DNA of 64,000 bases from an uncultured Bacilli bacterium (GCA_934101175.1 CAKOQC010000001.1:276882-340881), one strand, 5' to 3'. Shown: positions 10,062-21,216, counted from the first letter of the stretch. The notes: a model not told the origin generated them from the letters alone. Numbers and translations: made by a program.

Positions 10062-10601
10062 TTATTTTATTATCTCTTCATTTAGGTAATTGGTATTAAT
10101 TTTATCTATCTCATTATCTTCTGAATCATCTAATATATCCCAGTTATCTTCTTCTTCCACAGAAGCTATTTTTACTTTTGTATCTCCTATTATTTCTAAT
10201 CCTAATTCTTTTTCTATCTCTAAATTAATTACATTCCCGTCTTCCTTAGCAGATATACATGTAGGTTGTTTCAAACTTCTAACTATTACATCTTTATTAA
10301 CAACATTCTCATTTCCTACATTTAGTTTTTCTTCTTCTATATAATCTATTTTCTTAGTAATAACTGTTGTCTTTGTATCATTATCATAAGAATACCATAC
10401 ATTTACATCAAAACTACCATTTATTATTATCTTATTATCTATCTCTTTTGCCAAGAAATTATGATTAATGATCCAACAGCCCAAAATAGTAGTAGGCTTT
10501 TGTTCTACTGTAATCTGATATTTATTATGGTATTTCTTCTTACCTTTACCAATTACCGCTTTAGTAACTATTTCTTTATATGCCACTATATCACTCCTCA
10601 T
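10062..10601 (-). CDS. cotE: Spore coat morphogenetic protein CotE-like
   Basis: 179 aa, collinear with Bacillus CotE as recalled: Y(K/R)EI(V/I)TKAV, ILG(C/G)WIINH, D(V/I)NVWYSY and KQP(T/N)C, with an acidic C-terminal tail. Confidence 0.65.
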   Translation of the reverse strand: MRSDIVAYKEIVTKAVIGKGKKKYHNKYQITVEQKPTTILGCWIINHNFLAKEIDNKIIINGSFDVNVWYSYDNDTKTTVITKKIDYIEEEKLNVGNENVVNKDVIVRSLKQPTCISAKEDGNVINLEIEKELGLEIIGDTKVKIASVEEEDNWDILDDSEDNEIDKINTNYLNEEIIK

Positions 10602-10665
10602 TTTAGAATATGCGACTATCTAAAAAATAATACTATCAAATGAAAAAAAGTCTTATCAAGACTTT

Positions 10666-11046
10666 CTATTTCTTCTTACTATTCTCTTCTTTCTTAAGAT
10701 AATATCTTCCTAATAACCCATAACATATAATTATAAGTAATACTAATAATACTATCCCTATAATTACCTTTAATATCATAGATTTAACTAAATATATTAC
10801 TAATAAATAAGTTGTTGTTATAATAAAAGCATTAATTAAACTATAAGTATATTGAAATCTTCTAAAACTAATCTTCTTAGGATCTATTCCATATAAGTTA
10901 GCTAAATATATTAATTCTAATGGCATATCATCTTTATTTAACTTCTTATTCTTTCTAACGAACAAAAAGTAATTAAGTAAAAATACTGCTACGTATACTA
11001 TTACTGCTTCAATAAGTATTTGTAATACCTTATTCATATCTACCAC
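10666..11046 (-). CDS. Small integral membrane protein
   Basis: 126 aa with 3-4 TM helices. Confidence 0.3.
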   Translation of the reverse strand: MVDMNKVLQILIEAVIVYVAVFLLNYFLFVRKNKKLNKDDMPLELIYLANLYGIDPKKISFRRFQYTYSLINAFIITTTYLLVIYLVKSMILKVIIGIVLLVLLIIICYGLLGRYYLKKEENSKKK

Positions 11047-11089
11047 CCATAATAATTATACTATAAATATTTCTAAGTAGCAAGTATAT

Positions 11090-11593
11090 CTAATTAACTA
11101 TCATTATCATTATATAAAACATCATAAACATAGAAAATAAGATACATCCTATCATAAACACTATCTTATTAATTATCTCTCTATTCTTAAATATCATTAA
11201 AAATATCATATAAATATAACTTCCTATAATTACCCCACTAGTATTAGTAACTATATCTGTAATATCACTAACTCCTATTGCTAATATATATTGCATCATC
11301 TCTAAAATAAAACTAGTAATAAATCCTATCAAAACACTCTTCTTAGTATTAACTCCCATACATTTAAGCATTATTCCCATAGGAATAAATATTATTATAT
11401 TCTCTATAACTTCTCTCACTTGGAAAGTAACAGTATCTTCATAATAAAATAATCTCAAGTTAATCTTTCTAATCGTATCCATATCTCCTATATTAATTGA
11501 TAATTTAAATAATATTATCCATATAAGTATTATCATATATATAATAAATAATGTTTTTATTTTCTTATTCATAATAACCTCCAACATTATCAA
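11090..11593 (-). CDS. VanZ-family membrane protein
   Basis: NIIIFIPMGIML...GFITSFILEMMQYIL...DITDIVTNTSGVIIGSYI matches the VanZ-like signature. Confidence 0.6.
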   Translation of the reverse strand: MIMLEVIMNKKIKTLFIIYMIILIWIILFKLSINIGDMDTIRKINLRLFYYEDTVTFQVREVIENIIIFIPMGIMLKCMGVNTKKSVLIGFITSFILEMMQYILAIGVSDITDIVTNTSGVIIGSYIYMIFLMIFKNREIINKIVFMIGCILFSMFMMFYIMIMIVN

Positions 11594-11664
11594 TTATATC
11601 TATTCTATATGACTAATACATGACTATTTAATAACAATTTAGTAATATTTAAAAAGAAATATTT

Positions 11665-12024
11665 CTACTTCATATTTCTTTTTATCCATTCCATAATAAT
11701 ATCTACTATAAAATCTACTTCTTTATCACTTAATACTTTATTCTTATCTATATGATACCATTTCTCTAAACACCCTCTACAACAAGTCGCTGTAGCATGT
11801 TCTGAAATAAATACCGGATGTCCCCTCATCGGTGTCTGTTTTCCATCATTAATATTACTAATATCTCTAAGCCTTTTATTAATAAAATCATATGCATGAC
11901 TTCTTATCTTATCAAGTCCTTTATCATTAATATATTCTATATCTTTCTCTTTTAATTTAAAACTACTTCTAAATTTAGATTTACTAAGTCTATCTAATAT
12001 TTCATCTTTATTCATAATTTTCAT
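11665..12024 (-). CDS. Small conserved protein with a CCRGC motif (DUF4186-like)
   Basis: 119 aa with HATATCCRGCLEKWYHI. Confidence 0.3.
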   Translation of the reverse strand: MKIMNKDEILDRLSKSKFRSSFKLKEKDIEYINDKGLDKIRSHAYDFINKRLRDISNINDGKQTPMRGHPVFISEHATATCCRGCLEKWYHIDKNKVLSDKEVDFIVDIIMEWIKRNMK

Positions 12025-13204
12025 CTCTAAATTTTACCAAGATATTAGCTACTTCTGCTGTAGAACCTACTCTCATACTAGGTCCATATACCCCAACTCC
12101 ACTAGTAACAATACTCTTCATATTACCAACAGTGATCATTCCATAAGGATTTTTCCATATAATCTTTCCAAAAACATTTGAAGGAAACATCTGTCCATTA
12201 TGTGTATGTCCTGATAAATCAATATCTACCCCAGAGCTTTCTAATTCTTTAAACTCTTTAGGTTCATGGTCTATCATAATTATAGGTTTACTCTTATCTA
12301 CTTCTTTAAGTAGTTCACTAGGACTTTTTCTCTCTTTCAAACCAATTATTCCCAGTTTATGATAATCAAGTCTTCCTCCAAGATAAAAACTATCATCAAT
12401 TAATACTACCTCATCTTGAAGAAGCTTAATATTAGCCTTCTTAAGAAATTCATCCATCTCTGGAGCACTAGTACCAACATTATTTTTCCAACTAAAAGTA
12501 AATCCTGCTAAGATAGCTTCTTCTATATCATGATTTCCATATACTGCATATACTCCATAAGTAGCTTTAATCTTCTTAAGAACATTAATAAACTCTTCAT
12601 CCCTATCAATAGCTGCATAATCATTATCAAAAATATCTCCTGCTATTACTACTAAATCATTCTTATTCTTATTAATAATATCTACCATCTTTTCAATATG
12701 TTCTATCTTACTATTATATCCAAGATGTAAATCTGATACTAAAGATATCTTAAGATTATTAAGTTTACTTATCTTATTAATAGTAATTTCATACTTAGTA
12801 TCATTAATCTTATTAGCGTGTATTACTCCATATGTAGATAATATTGCTACTATTAAGATACATATACTACCTCCTACTAAGAATGTCATCTTACTACTAA
12901 GTTTATCTTGATTTATTCCTTTACATTTCTTAAGAATAATTCTAATTAAATCAGCTATAATAACTGTCATTACTATATATTGAACAACTCCAAGCCAGTA
13001 ATTGCCTACTACTCTAATCCATCTTACTGGTAAGAAAAATCCTACTATAAATGAACTAGCAAAAAGTATATATATGTATACTATTACCATTTTGATATAT
13101 TTATTTTTAAACCATTTACTAAAACATTCTAACCATTTAATTAACCACTTAACGATATATATATTTATAACTATATATACTGGTGCTAAGAATAATGCTA
13201 TCAT
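12008..13204 (-). CDS. Membrane-anchored calcineurin-like metallophosphoesterase (YkuE-like)
   Basis: N-terminal TM helices followed by LVSDLHLG, VIAGDIFDN, GNHD and GHTHNGQ. Confidence 0.7.
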   Translation of the reverse strand: MIALFLAPVYIVINIYIVKWLIKWLECFSKWFKNKYIKMVIVYIYILFASSFIVGFFLPVRWIRVVGNYWLGVVQYIVMTVIIADLIRIILKKCKGINQDKLSSKMTFLVGGSICILIVAILSTYGVIHANKINDTKYEITINKISKLNNLKISLVSDLHLGYNSKIEHIEKMVDIINKNKNDLVVIAGDIFDNDYAAIDRDEEFINVLKKIKATYGVYAVYGNHDIEEAILAGFTFSWKNNVGTSAPEMDEFLKKANIKLLQDEVVLIDDSFYLGGRLDYHKLGIIGLKERKSPSELLKEVDKSKPIIMIDHEPKEFKELESSGVDIDLSGHTHNGQMFPSNVFGKIIWKNPYGMITVGNMKSIVTSGVGVYGPSMRVGSTAEVANILVKFRDENYE

Positions 13205-14865
13205 TTTATCACCCCTATATTTCTCTCAGGTAAACTTCCACTAATACCTTCTCCTACATTAGGATAACTATGAGTATATATTTTATCTATAATAAATAAA
13301 CTAACTAATATAAAACATAGTATATATAATATTTTAATATTTATCTTCTTTAACACATTATCTATAAGTGGAGCTAAAAAGTATACTCCTGCCATTCCTC
13401 CAAGTCCAAATACTAATAATCCTTCTGCACACACTCTTCCATTAATATTTAGAAAGTATCCATTATAATTCCACCAACTAAGTCCAAAACGATATTCTAA
13501 ATAACAAGCTGTTCCATATTCTACCATACCACATAATAATACCATTAATAAAAATTCTAATATTGGTTTGCCACGATATCGATATAATATTGTCAAAATA
13601 AGTATTCCTCCAGAACCATATATTGGTAACCAAGGCCCATGTAATACTCCTCTATTTACAAAATTGCCATCATTTATTAAATGAAGTAATACTTCCCAAG
13701 TCCATCCTGTTATAGAAAAGATAAAAAACATCAAGATAATACTATAAAGTGAATAACTTCTCATACTATTAAGATTAACTATTTTCTTATCTTTCTCTTT
13801 TATTAATAAAGGATATAATCTATCAGGATATACTCTTCTCTCAATAGTATCTTTATAATTACTAATCATATATTCTCTAACTTGTAAACTATCATATTCA
13901 TCTTTTGTATCTTCATCATATAAACTAATACCAAAATTCTTAATAAGAAATCCTTTAATTCCTTTTAATTCCATTTTCTTATCTTTATCAATTAGTTCAA
14001 AAACATCACCATAATTATCTTCTAGTAATTTCTTATCTGCCTTCTTATATAAATACTTATCAAAAAGATAATCATATCCCCATTTCTTATTTTTAACATA
14101 TTTATCTCTAACCATAACATAAAATTCTGTCATCGTAAGTGCCATATACATATTAGTAAAGAATACATTTGTAACTCCTAAAGTTATATATCCTAATAAT
14201 AGGTATCCAATAAAACTAATTTCTAATTTAAAACATTCCCATTTGTATCCTTCCATCATTTTAGAAGACAATCTAATAGCATCTTTAGAAGATATATCTG
14301 GATTTTCTGCTAATATATAAGGTACTAAATAATAAGCATATCTCTTAGTAAAAATTCCTACTATTGTAAAACACCATAAGAAGTAATATATATCACGCAA
14401 AAATAAAGTCTTTGATACTTTTATCCATTTCTTAACTCTAAGTAAGAATGTAAATCTATGTATTAATACTTTCTCATAAGTTCTTACTTCTAAAAATATT
14501 CTTCTTGCTACTACTTTATATGTATTTTTAACAAATATATAGAATAATATTGATATTATTAATCCTATTACTACTAGTATTTTATTAGCTATTGTAACTG
14601 ACCCGGTTATTGAACTTATTGTATGTGTAATCTTAGAAGTTATTGTACCTGATGTAAACATATTTATAATCCAAGCGAATACTCCTCTATTACCAAAAGA
14701 AATGTTAGTAATATCTGCTCTTTTAACAAATGCTAGTGATCCATAATATTCATTTCCAAAAAAAGCGGATATTAAGCATGTAAAAGTAAGCAGGGCATAA
14801 TTTTTAAGTGTATTCTTCTTCCCCTTTTGTTTCATATTTTTAAATTTTTTCATAACTACCACCAT
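13201..14865 (-). CDS. Large polytopic membrane protein
   Basis: 554 aa with more than 10 TM helices and a conserved GPWLPIYGSGG segment. The family is uncertain. Confidence 0.35.
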   Translation of the reverse strand: MVVVMKKFKNMKQKGKKNTLKNYALLTFTCLISAFFGNEYYGSLAFVKRADITNISFGNRGVFAWIINMFTSGTITSKITHTISSITGSVTIANKILVVIGLIISILFYIFVKNTYKVVARRIFLEVRTYEKVLIHRFTFLLRVKKWIKVSKTLFLRDIYYFLWCFTIVGIFTKRYAYYLVPYILAENPDISSKDAIRLSSKMMEGYKWECFKLEISFIGYLLLGYITLGVTNVFFTNMYMALTMTEFYVMVRDKYVKNKKWGYDYLFDKYLYKKADKKLLEDNYGDVFELIDKDKKMELKGIKGFLIKNFGISLYDEDTKDEYDSLQVREYMISNYKDTIERRVYPDRLYPLLIKEKDKKIVNLNSMRSYSLYSIILMFFIFSITGWTWEVLLHLINDGNFVNRGVLHGPWLPIYGSGGILILTILYRYRGKPILEFLLMVLLCGMVEYGTACYLEYRFGLSWWNYNGYFLNINGRVCAEGLLVFGLGGMAGVYFLAPLIDNVLKKINIKILYILCFILVSLFIIDKIYTHSYPNVGEGISGSLPERNIGVIK

Positions 14866-14973
14866 AATATATCTAATTATATCAAATAACGTATTTAATG
14901 TAAATTATAAGTTATCATTTCTATAAATCACAACTCATGTAATCTAATTTTTTTATTTTTTTCATAAAAAGAC

Positions 14974-15002
14974 TTGCAATTATTTTAAATATATTATACA
15001 AT
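14974..15002 (+). promoter_or_regulatory. Candidate sigma-A promoter (TTGCAA-N17-TACAAT) of a short plus-strand transcript
   Basis: The -35 and -10 hexamers have 17 bp spacing. No CDS starts within 400 bp downstream. An intrinsic terminator lies ~95 nt downstream. Confidence 0.35.
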
Positions 15003-15009
15003 AATATTG

Positions 15010-15116
15010 TCATAATAAACAAGATATTATGACCAACCTTTTTACACTCACTACGGATTAATGTAGGAGTGTTCAACCAAAACCCCCTGAAGAGAGCGAA
15101 AGCTCTCATTTTTTTG
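15010..15116 (+). ncRNA. Candidate ~105 nt small RNA or leader, class unknown
   Basis: It is bounded by the promoter above and a gagagc-gaaa-gctctc hairpin plus U7 run (15092..15116). It sits in a 640 bp gap between divergent genes. It is not assignable to a known riboswitch from the sequence. Confidence 0.3.
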
Positions 15117-15502
15117 TTTATTTATAATATTTCAGTTTCACATAACATCTAATAAATATATATTAGTCAAGAAACAATGGATAAAGGAAAAATAAAAATT
15201 TATGAATTAAAATGTCATAGTGGCATAATTAAAAGATAGAAAATTAAAATAACTTATGTTTATTTACTGAAATAAATGCACAGAAAATAAAAAAGTATGA
15301 TATAATAAACGCTATATTCAAAAAGGAGATTTTGATTATGAAAAAATAGCTAAAAACTACATGTCAAAATTAACAAAACACACAAAAAATATTTGACATT
15401 TACAAAATGAATTTATTCACTTTAAAATACATGTCAGATAAGCAAAAAAATCATAAAGTATCGCAAATTGTAATTGATAGAGAACGAAAAAGAGGAGGAA
15501 AA

Positions 15503-16642
15503 ATGATTATGAATATGAATAAAGAAATAAAAAGTTTCGTTGAAAAAAAATATAAAGGCACGTTATTTAGTCAATATATAGAAACTGAAGTAATAGAAAA
15601 AGATCCAATGAAAATTGAAAACGATGGTTTTATACAAGGTTTCCGTTTTTATGATAGAGAATTTATTACAGTTGAAGGAAAAAGATATGCAAGTGAAAAG
15701 TATAACTGCTCTAACTGGATTTATTTTGGTAAAAGATTAAGTTTGAACGAATTCAAGAACCAATATAGCAATAATTCAGACTATGAATCACTAATTAGTA
15801 ATATAGAAAAAAGCGATTGTCAAGACGTTTGCCATACACAAGATGATTCTTTTTTACCGATGAATAAAGAAGATATGACTTTCAATGAATTCGTTCTTGA
15901 ATCTATTTCGAAAAGAAAAGAACAAGAAAAAGCAAAAGCAAAAGCTGTGCTTGATAAATTAAGAAAGTATCTCTATGAAGAGGTATCATGTACATGGTGG
16001 TGGTATGGTACAAAACAAGAAATGACAGGTATTATAGATGACATTGAAGATTTTGTTTTTGTTGGCATCAATGGTACTATGATTCCATTTGTTGCTGCTA
16101 ACATGGCACTATCTGAAATAACATCCCCAAATGGTGAAATATTATATTTAAATCCCTATATTGAAGATGGATATAATAAAGAATCAACTACTAGCATATA
16201 CAAAATACAAAGATTAATATTTGGTAATGAAATACCATGTGCTGAAATTAAAAAAAAATGGGAAAAATATAAAGAAGAAGACAAGAAAGAAATTACATAT
16301 ATAAAAAATAGTATCTTACTTGCAGATTCATTAATGTATCTTATTAAAACTGAAATGATAGAACAATGGTCATATTTTGTTTATAATAATTGTAATGAAA
16401 TATATTCAACATGGTTGGTTAAAGCAGTCTATGAAATGTTGCTTAAAATAGATAATTTTGTTCCCTTTGAAGAAGCTGAACAAGAAATTTATAATGAAAA
16501 GTATAGCCTTAGCGGATATATGATTGAAGCCGCCGCAAATGCTGTATCATATTTTTCAAAACGTGGTGAAGAATATAGAGCATATTGGAATGAACAATAT
16601 AGTATCGGAAATTCAAGAATTAAAAGAAACAGAATAATCTAA
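15503..16642 (+). CDS. Hypothetical protein
   Basis: The track ORF starts at 15407. The in-frame ATG at 15503 follows the AGAGGAGGA RBS. 379 aa with no recognised motifs. GC is slightly higher than in neighbours. Confidence 0.4.
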   Translation: MIMNMNKEIKSFVEKKYKGTLFSQYIETEVIEKDPMKIENDGFIQGFRFYDREFITVEGKRYASEKYNCSNWIYFGKRLSLNEFKNQYSNNSDYESLISNIEKSDCQDVCHTQDDSFLPMNKEDMTFNEFVLESISKRKEQEKAKAKAVLDKLRKYLYEEVSCTWWWYGTKQEMTGIIDDIEDFVFVGINGTMIPFVAANMALSEITSPNGEILYLNPYIEDGYNKESTTSIYKIQRLIFGNEIPCAEIKKKWEKYKEEDKKEITYIKNSILLADSLMYLIKTEMIEQWSYFVYNNCNEIYSTWLVKAVYEMLLKIDNFVPFEEAEQEIYNEKYSLSGYMIEAAANAVSYFSKRGEEYRAYWNEQYSIGNSRIKRNRII

Positions 16643-16909
16643 ATTACTAAGTATTTGATTTAAAAACGGCTTATGGCTTATTCTGAATATGATTTAAAAG
16701 AAAAATTATAACAAGTTAAATGCTATAAAATAACTAGATTTTATGATAGAATACTTATTAAAGATTACGTAGAGATAAGACATAAATACATATAATAATA
16801 TAGTAGAAATTTAAAACAACCCAATTTTTATATTAATTTTTGTGATATAATCATATGCAATGAAAATGAATATTGATAAATTGTTAGAAAATATAAGGAG
16901 ATGATAAAT

Positions 16910-17854
16910 ATGTTAGATAAAGTTTTAGAAACCAATAAATTTGTAGTCGATAATGCAAAACATGTAAGAATTAATTATGATAAAGCAACTCAATTAATAG
17001 ATGAACTATTAAATTTTGAAAATGTTCATTATTTAACTAAAGTACCTTATGGCATATATAATATGAATACTAGAGATATAATTAATTTTTTACTTATATA
17101 TGATGCAATAGATTTTTCTTTTTGGGGTAACCCTAAATGGACAATTGATGCTAATGGAAAAAATTTAGATGGTGGTATAGCCCTATTACATTGCATTTTC
17201 AACTTATTTAATGGTCGTAATAGTATAGAAGTTTATTATCAACTAGAAAATATGACTTTAGAAGATTTTAAAGATATATTAAAAGGAAATATTGATATTC
17301 CCCTTTTAGAAGAAAGATATAAAATAGTTACTGGTATAGCAAAAATAGTAAATACTAAAATGAATGGAAGTTTTTATGATCACATAAAAGATATGAATAC
17401 AGATCAAGAAATATTTAAAACTCTAATTAGTAATTTTAATAATTTTGAAGATACTAGAACTTATAATGAAAAAACTATATATTTTTATAAATTAGCACAA
17501 TTATTAACTTCAGATATTTTACACGTAATTGAAATTAAAGAAAAAAGAAATGTTAATTATTCTAATTTACTAGGTTGTGCTGATTATAAAATACCACAAG
17601 TAATGCAAAGCCTTGGCATTTTAGAATATGATACAAAGTTATTATCATTATTAGAAACTAAAACAGAAATTGAAGAAAATAGTGAATATGAAGTTGAAAT
17701 TAGAGCAAGTATGTTAGTTGTCATAAATTATATATATGAACAAATAAATAAAAGTATTGATAGAATTGATATAAATGACTTTATCTGGAGTAAAAGTCAA
17801 GATAAAACTAAAAAATACAAACCTTATCATTTAACTAGAACAACATCATACTAA
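16910..17854 (+). CDS. Hypothetical protein, possibly queuosine-salvage Qng1/DUF2419-like
   Basis: The segment AIDFSFWGNPKW...GGIALLHCIF resembles the D..nFcFW signature recalled for the Qng1 family. Start taken at ATG 16910 (AAGGAG RBS, 9 nt spacing) rather than 16901. Confidence 0.35.
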   Translation: MLDKVLETNKFVVDNAKHVRINYDKATQLIDELLNFENVHYLTKVPYGIYNMNTRDIINFLLIYDAIDFSFWGNPKWTIDANGKNLDGGIALLHCIFNLFNGRNSIEVYYQLENMTLEDFKDILKGNIDIPLLEERYKIVTGIAKIVNTKMNGSFYDHIKDMNTDQEIFKTLISNFNNFEDTRTYNEKTIYFYKLAQLLTSDILHVIEIKEKRNVNYSNLLGCADYKIPQVMQSLGILEYDTKLLSLLETKTEIEENSEYEVEIRASMLVVINYIYEQINKSIDRIDINDFIWSKSQDKTKKYKPYHLTRTTSY

Positions 17855-17937
17855 AAATCCTCAAAATTAACCACAAAAAAACAATAGCTAAATATCTTCG
17901 CAAGAAAATATTAATCTATTGTTTTTTTTATTTCATA

Positions 17938-19275
17938 TTAAAATTTATTAACTAAATTCTTAAATTCTTCTCCTCTTACTGCAAAGTTCTTAAACATATC
18001 AAATGAAGCTGAAGCTGGACTAAACAATACTACTTCCCCTTTAGTAGCCACTTCATAAGCCTTATTAACTACTTCTTCTAATGAATTAAGTATAAATATT
18101 TGAATATCCTCATCTTTCTTCTTATCCATAACTGCCCTATATATCTTATCTTTAGTAGCTCCAAATAAGATTAACTTACTAACATGTTTCAGTATTGGTT
18201 CTGCTAATGGTGAATAATCTAAATTCTTATCATATCCTCCTGCTATAAGTACAATTCTCTCCTCATAAGAATTAAGACCTGCTATTGTTCTAGTAGGACT
18301 AGAAGATACAGAATCATTATACCACTTTACTCCATTTATCTCTCTTACGAATTCAAGTCGATGTTCTACTCCTCCAAATTTTTCAATTACCTTAAAAGAT
18401 TTATCTATATCTACTAAATCACATATAGCACTCATACAAGCACATATATTCTCATAGTTATGTCTTCCTCTAATATGTAACTTCCTAGTATCAAATACTC
18501 TACTTCCCTTATAATAAATAAAGTCATCTATAACATAAAAACTATTAGTCTCTTCATATCTACTAAAATATCTTATTTCTCTAGAAGACTTAATATCTCT
18601 AGTAATTTCATTATCTTTATTTAAAACAAGTATCCCCGGACTATTTCTAAATATATTTAATTTACTATCTATATATTCTTGATAATCTTTATGTTTATCT
18701 AAATGATTTGGACTAATATTAGTAATAACTGATATATCTGGACTAACATCCATACCCATAAGTTGAAAAGATGATAATTCCAAGACAACAATATCATCAC
18801 TCTTCATCTTACCTACTTGTGTAAATAAAGGTATTCCAATATTTCCTCCAAGCCATACATGGTATCCATTACCTTCTAACACTTTGGCAATTAATGTTGT
18901 CGTAGTAGTTTTTCCATCAGATCCTGTTACCCCAACAATTTTACAAGGAGCATTCTTAATAACTTCTTCTATCTCCGTAGTAATATAAGCTCCTCTTTCT
19001 TTCTCTTCTAATAGTTCCCTCTTACTAGGCAAACATCCTGGAGCTCTAAATATAATATCAAATCCCTTTAATTTATCTAAATATTTATCTCCTGTAATTA
19101 CTTCATAATTATATTTACTTAAATCAATCTCTATTTCTTTATCATTAAATATTACTACATTACAACCTAAATCATTTAAATAATCTAATAAAGGAATATT
19201 ACTAACTCCTAATCCTACTATTGCTATCCTACTCTTTTTAAGTTTCTCATTAAATTCATCTAATTTCTTATTCAT
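17938..19275 (-). CDS. murD: UDP-N-acetylmuramoylalanine--D-glutamate ligase
   Basis: 445 aa with the Mur ligase P-loop GVTGSDGKTTTTTLI and the overall MurD domain order. Confidence 0.85.
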   Translation of the reverse strand: MNKKLDEFNEKLKKSRIAIVGLGVSNIPLLDYLNDLGCNVVIFNDKEIEIDLSKYNYEVITGDKYLDKLKGFDIIFRAPGCLPSKRELLEEKERGAYITTEIEEVIKNAPCKIVGVTGSDGKTTTTTLIAKVLEGNGYHVWLGGNIGIPLFTQVGKMKSDDIVVLELSSFQLMGMDVSPDISVITNISPNHLDKHKDYQEYIDSKLNIFRNSPGILVLNKDNEITRDIKSSREIRYFSRYEETNSFYVIDDFIYYKGSRVFDTRKLHIRGRHNYENICACMSAICDLVDIDKSFKVIEKFGGVEHRLEFVREINGVKWYNDSVSSSPTRTIAGLNSYEERIVLIAGGYDKNLDYSPLAEPILKHVSKLILFGATKDKIYRAVMDKKKDEDIQIFILNSLEEVVNKAYEVATKGEVVLFSPASASFDMFKNFAVRGEEFKNLVNKF

Positions 19276-19306
19276 ATAAATTTATCCTTTCATAATAAAT
19301 TATATC

Positions 19307-20542
19307 TTATTTTTCCAAGAATTTGCTTACTACATTGATTATTGTTATTTTTCCATAATCATATGTAAGTGATCCTTGCATATATGCTATATAAGGTTCT
19401 CTTAATGGTCCATCACAAGATAATTCTATAGAAGAGCCTTGGGTAAATGATCCTGATGCCATTACTATTTGGCTATTATATCCTGGCATATCTGAAGGTT
19501 CTACCATTGCCTTAGCGTCTATTGCTGAACTACTTTGAATAACTCTACAAAAATCAATTAGTTTCTCTCTATTACCAAATTCAATATTTAAAACAATATC
19601 AGCCTTAGTATCATTATATCTAGGACTTACTTTATATCCTAATCTTTCCATAATATAACTCATTAAAGTACTAGTTTTAAGACTACTACTAACAACAGAT
19701 GGTGCCATATATAGTCCTAATAAGAACATTCTATTATTGCCTCCTGATGGTCCTACTTCTTTAGCCTGTCCAGGTACATTAAGTCTCTCAGCACATAACT
19801 CTACTAATTTCTTTTTACCACAAATATAAGCTCCATTAGTAGCTATTCCTGCTCCTAAGTTCTTAATCAAACTACCAACTACTAAATCAGCTCCTACCTC
19901 AGTAGGTTCTTTATAAGAAACAAATTCACAATAACAATTATCTACCATAATAATAACATTCTTATCTACTCTTCTAATTTGTTTAATAATATTCTCTAAT
20001 TTCTCAATACTAATACTATCTCTATTAGAATATCCTTTACTTCTTTGAATTGTAACTAATTTAATCTTCTTAGCTAATAAAGCTTTATATATTTTTTCTA
20101 CATCAAATTCTGAATTAATTAAATCTACTTGTTCATATTTTATTCCATAACTAATAAGACTACTATCATTATCTTCTATTCCTATTACTTTATCTAATGT
20201 ATCATATGGTTTACCTGTAATTGATAGCATTGTATCGCCTGGTCTTAGCATTGCTGCTAATGCTACTGTCAAGGCATGTGTTCCTGATATTAATTGTCCT
20301 CTTACTAAAGCATCTTCACATTTAAATACTTCTTTATATACTTCTTCTACAGTATCTCTACCATAATCATTGTATCCATATCCCGTAGTACCATTAAAGC
20401 ATCCTTCATTAACATTACATTTATGAAATGCTCCTAATACTTTCATACTATTATAAAAGCTTACTTTATCTATTTCTTTAATCTGTTCTTTAATCATTTC
20501 TTCACAGTCATATACATATTCTATTATTCTTTTTCTATCCAT
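19307..20542 (-). CDS. Aluminium-resistance / methionine gamma-lyase-family PLP enzyme (YnbB-like)
   Basis: 411 aa. The N-terminal region matches the YnbB family, with PLP fold-type I features. Confidence 0.55.
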   Translation of the reverse strand: MDRKRIIEYVYDCEEMIKEQIKEIDKVSFYNSMKVLGAFHKCNVNEGCFNGTTGYGYNDYGRDTVEEVYKEVFKCEDALVRGQLISGTHALTVALAAMLRPGDTMLSITGKPYDTLDKVIGIEDNDSSLISYGIKYEQVDLINSEFDVEKIYKALLAKKIKLVTIQRSKGYSNRDSISIEKLENIIKQIRRVDKNVIIMVDNCYCEFVSYKEPTEVGADLVVGSLIKNLGAGIATNGAYICGKKKLVELCAERLNVPGQAKEVGPSGGNNRMFLLGLYMAPSVVSSSLKTSTLMSYIMERLGYKVSPRYNDTKADIVLNIEFGNREKLIDFCRVIQSSSAIDAKAMVEPSDMPGYNSQIVMASGSFTQGSSIELSCDGPLREPYIAYMQGSLTYDYGKITIINVVSKFLEK

Positions 20543-21216
20543 AATTTATCATCCTTTATATCTATTCTAATAATACTTCCACTCTCATAATTACTATTAA
20601 TTATTTTATCTATTCCTATTACTAATTCTTCTATTTTAATTAATCTAGATTGTCCTATTCTTATAAGTTCTTCTAATAAGTATTCTTTATTCATACTTCT
20701 AGTACTATTACTATCTATCCAATTAGGACATATACATAATATTTTATTATTACTACATTTAGATATAGCTTTACTCATACATATTATTCCTGCTTTACTA
20801 GTACTATAATCTATACTATATTCACTATATGTATCTATCCCATCAGTACTACCCATATTAATAATTATTCCATTATCTATATATCTAGAATATATTTGAT
20901 TACATAGAAACATTCCTACCAGGTTTACTTCTAATACCTTCATAAATTCTTCTTTTGTCTTATTAAGAAAGCTATTATCCATACTTATACTAGCTAAATT
21001 TATTAGTATATCTATTTTACCAAACTCATCTATTACATACTTAAATATTTCTTCTATTTCTTCTTTCTTAGTAACATCACACCTATAACTAATAACACCA
21101 GGAATATCTTCTTTATGTTTATTATATGATATTATTACTTTATTTCCTTTATCTCTATAATAAGTTGCTAAAGAAATTCCTATATCACAGCTTCCTCCAA
21201 TTATTAATATATTCAT
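20524..21216 (-). CDS. Short-chain dehydrogenase/reductase-family protein
   Basis: Rossmann motif IIGGSCDIG at the N-terminus. 230 aa. Confidence 0.55.
   Translation of the reverse strand: MNILIIGGSCDIGISLATYYRDKGNKVIISYNKHKEDIPGVISYRCDVTKKEEIEEIFKYVIDEFGKIDILINLASISMDNSFLNKTKEEFMKVLEVNLVGMFLCNQIYSRYIDNGIIINMGSTDGIDTYSEYSIDYSTSKAGIICMSKAISKCSNNKILCICPNWIDSNSTRSMNKEYLLEELIRIGQSRLIKIEELVIGIDKIINSNYESGSIIRIDIKDDKLWIEKE

Noticed and set aside
14921-15109. 62 aa minus-strand ORF in the long intergenic gap
   Set aside because: It has no RBS and runs antisense across the candidate promoter and terminator. It is probably spurious.
17874-17940. Terminator between the convergent 16910..17854 gene and murD
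   Set aside because: An inverted repeat (aaaaaaacaatag / ctattgttttttt) exists, but the loop is ~38 nt and overlaps the murD stop. It is too atypical to call.
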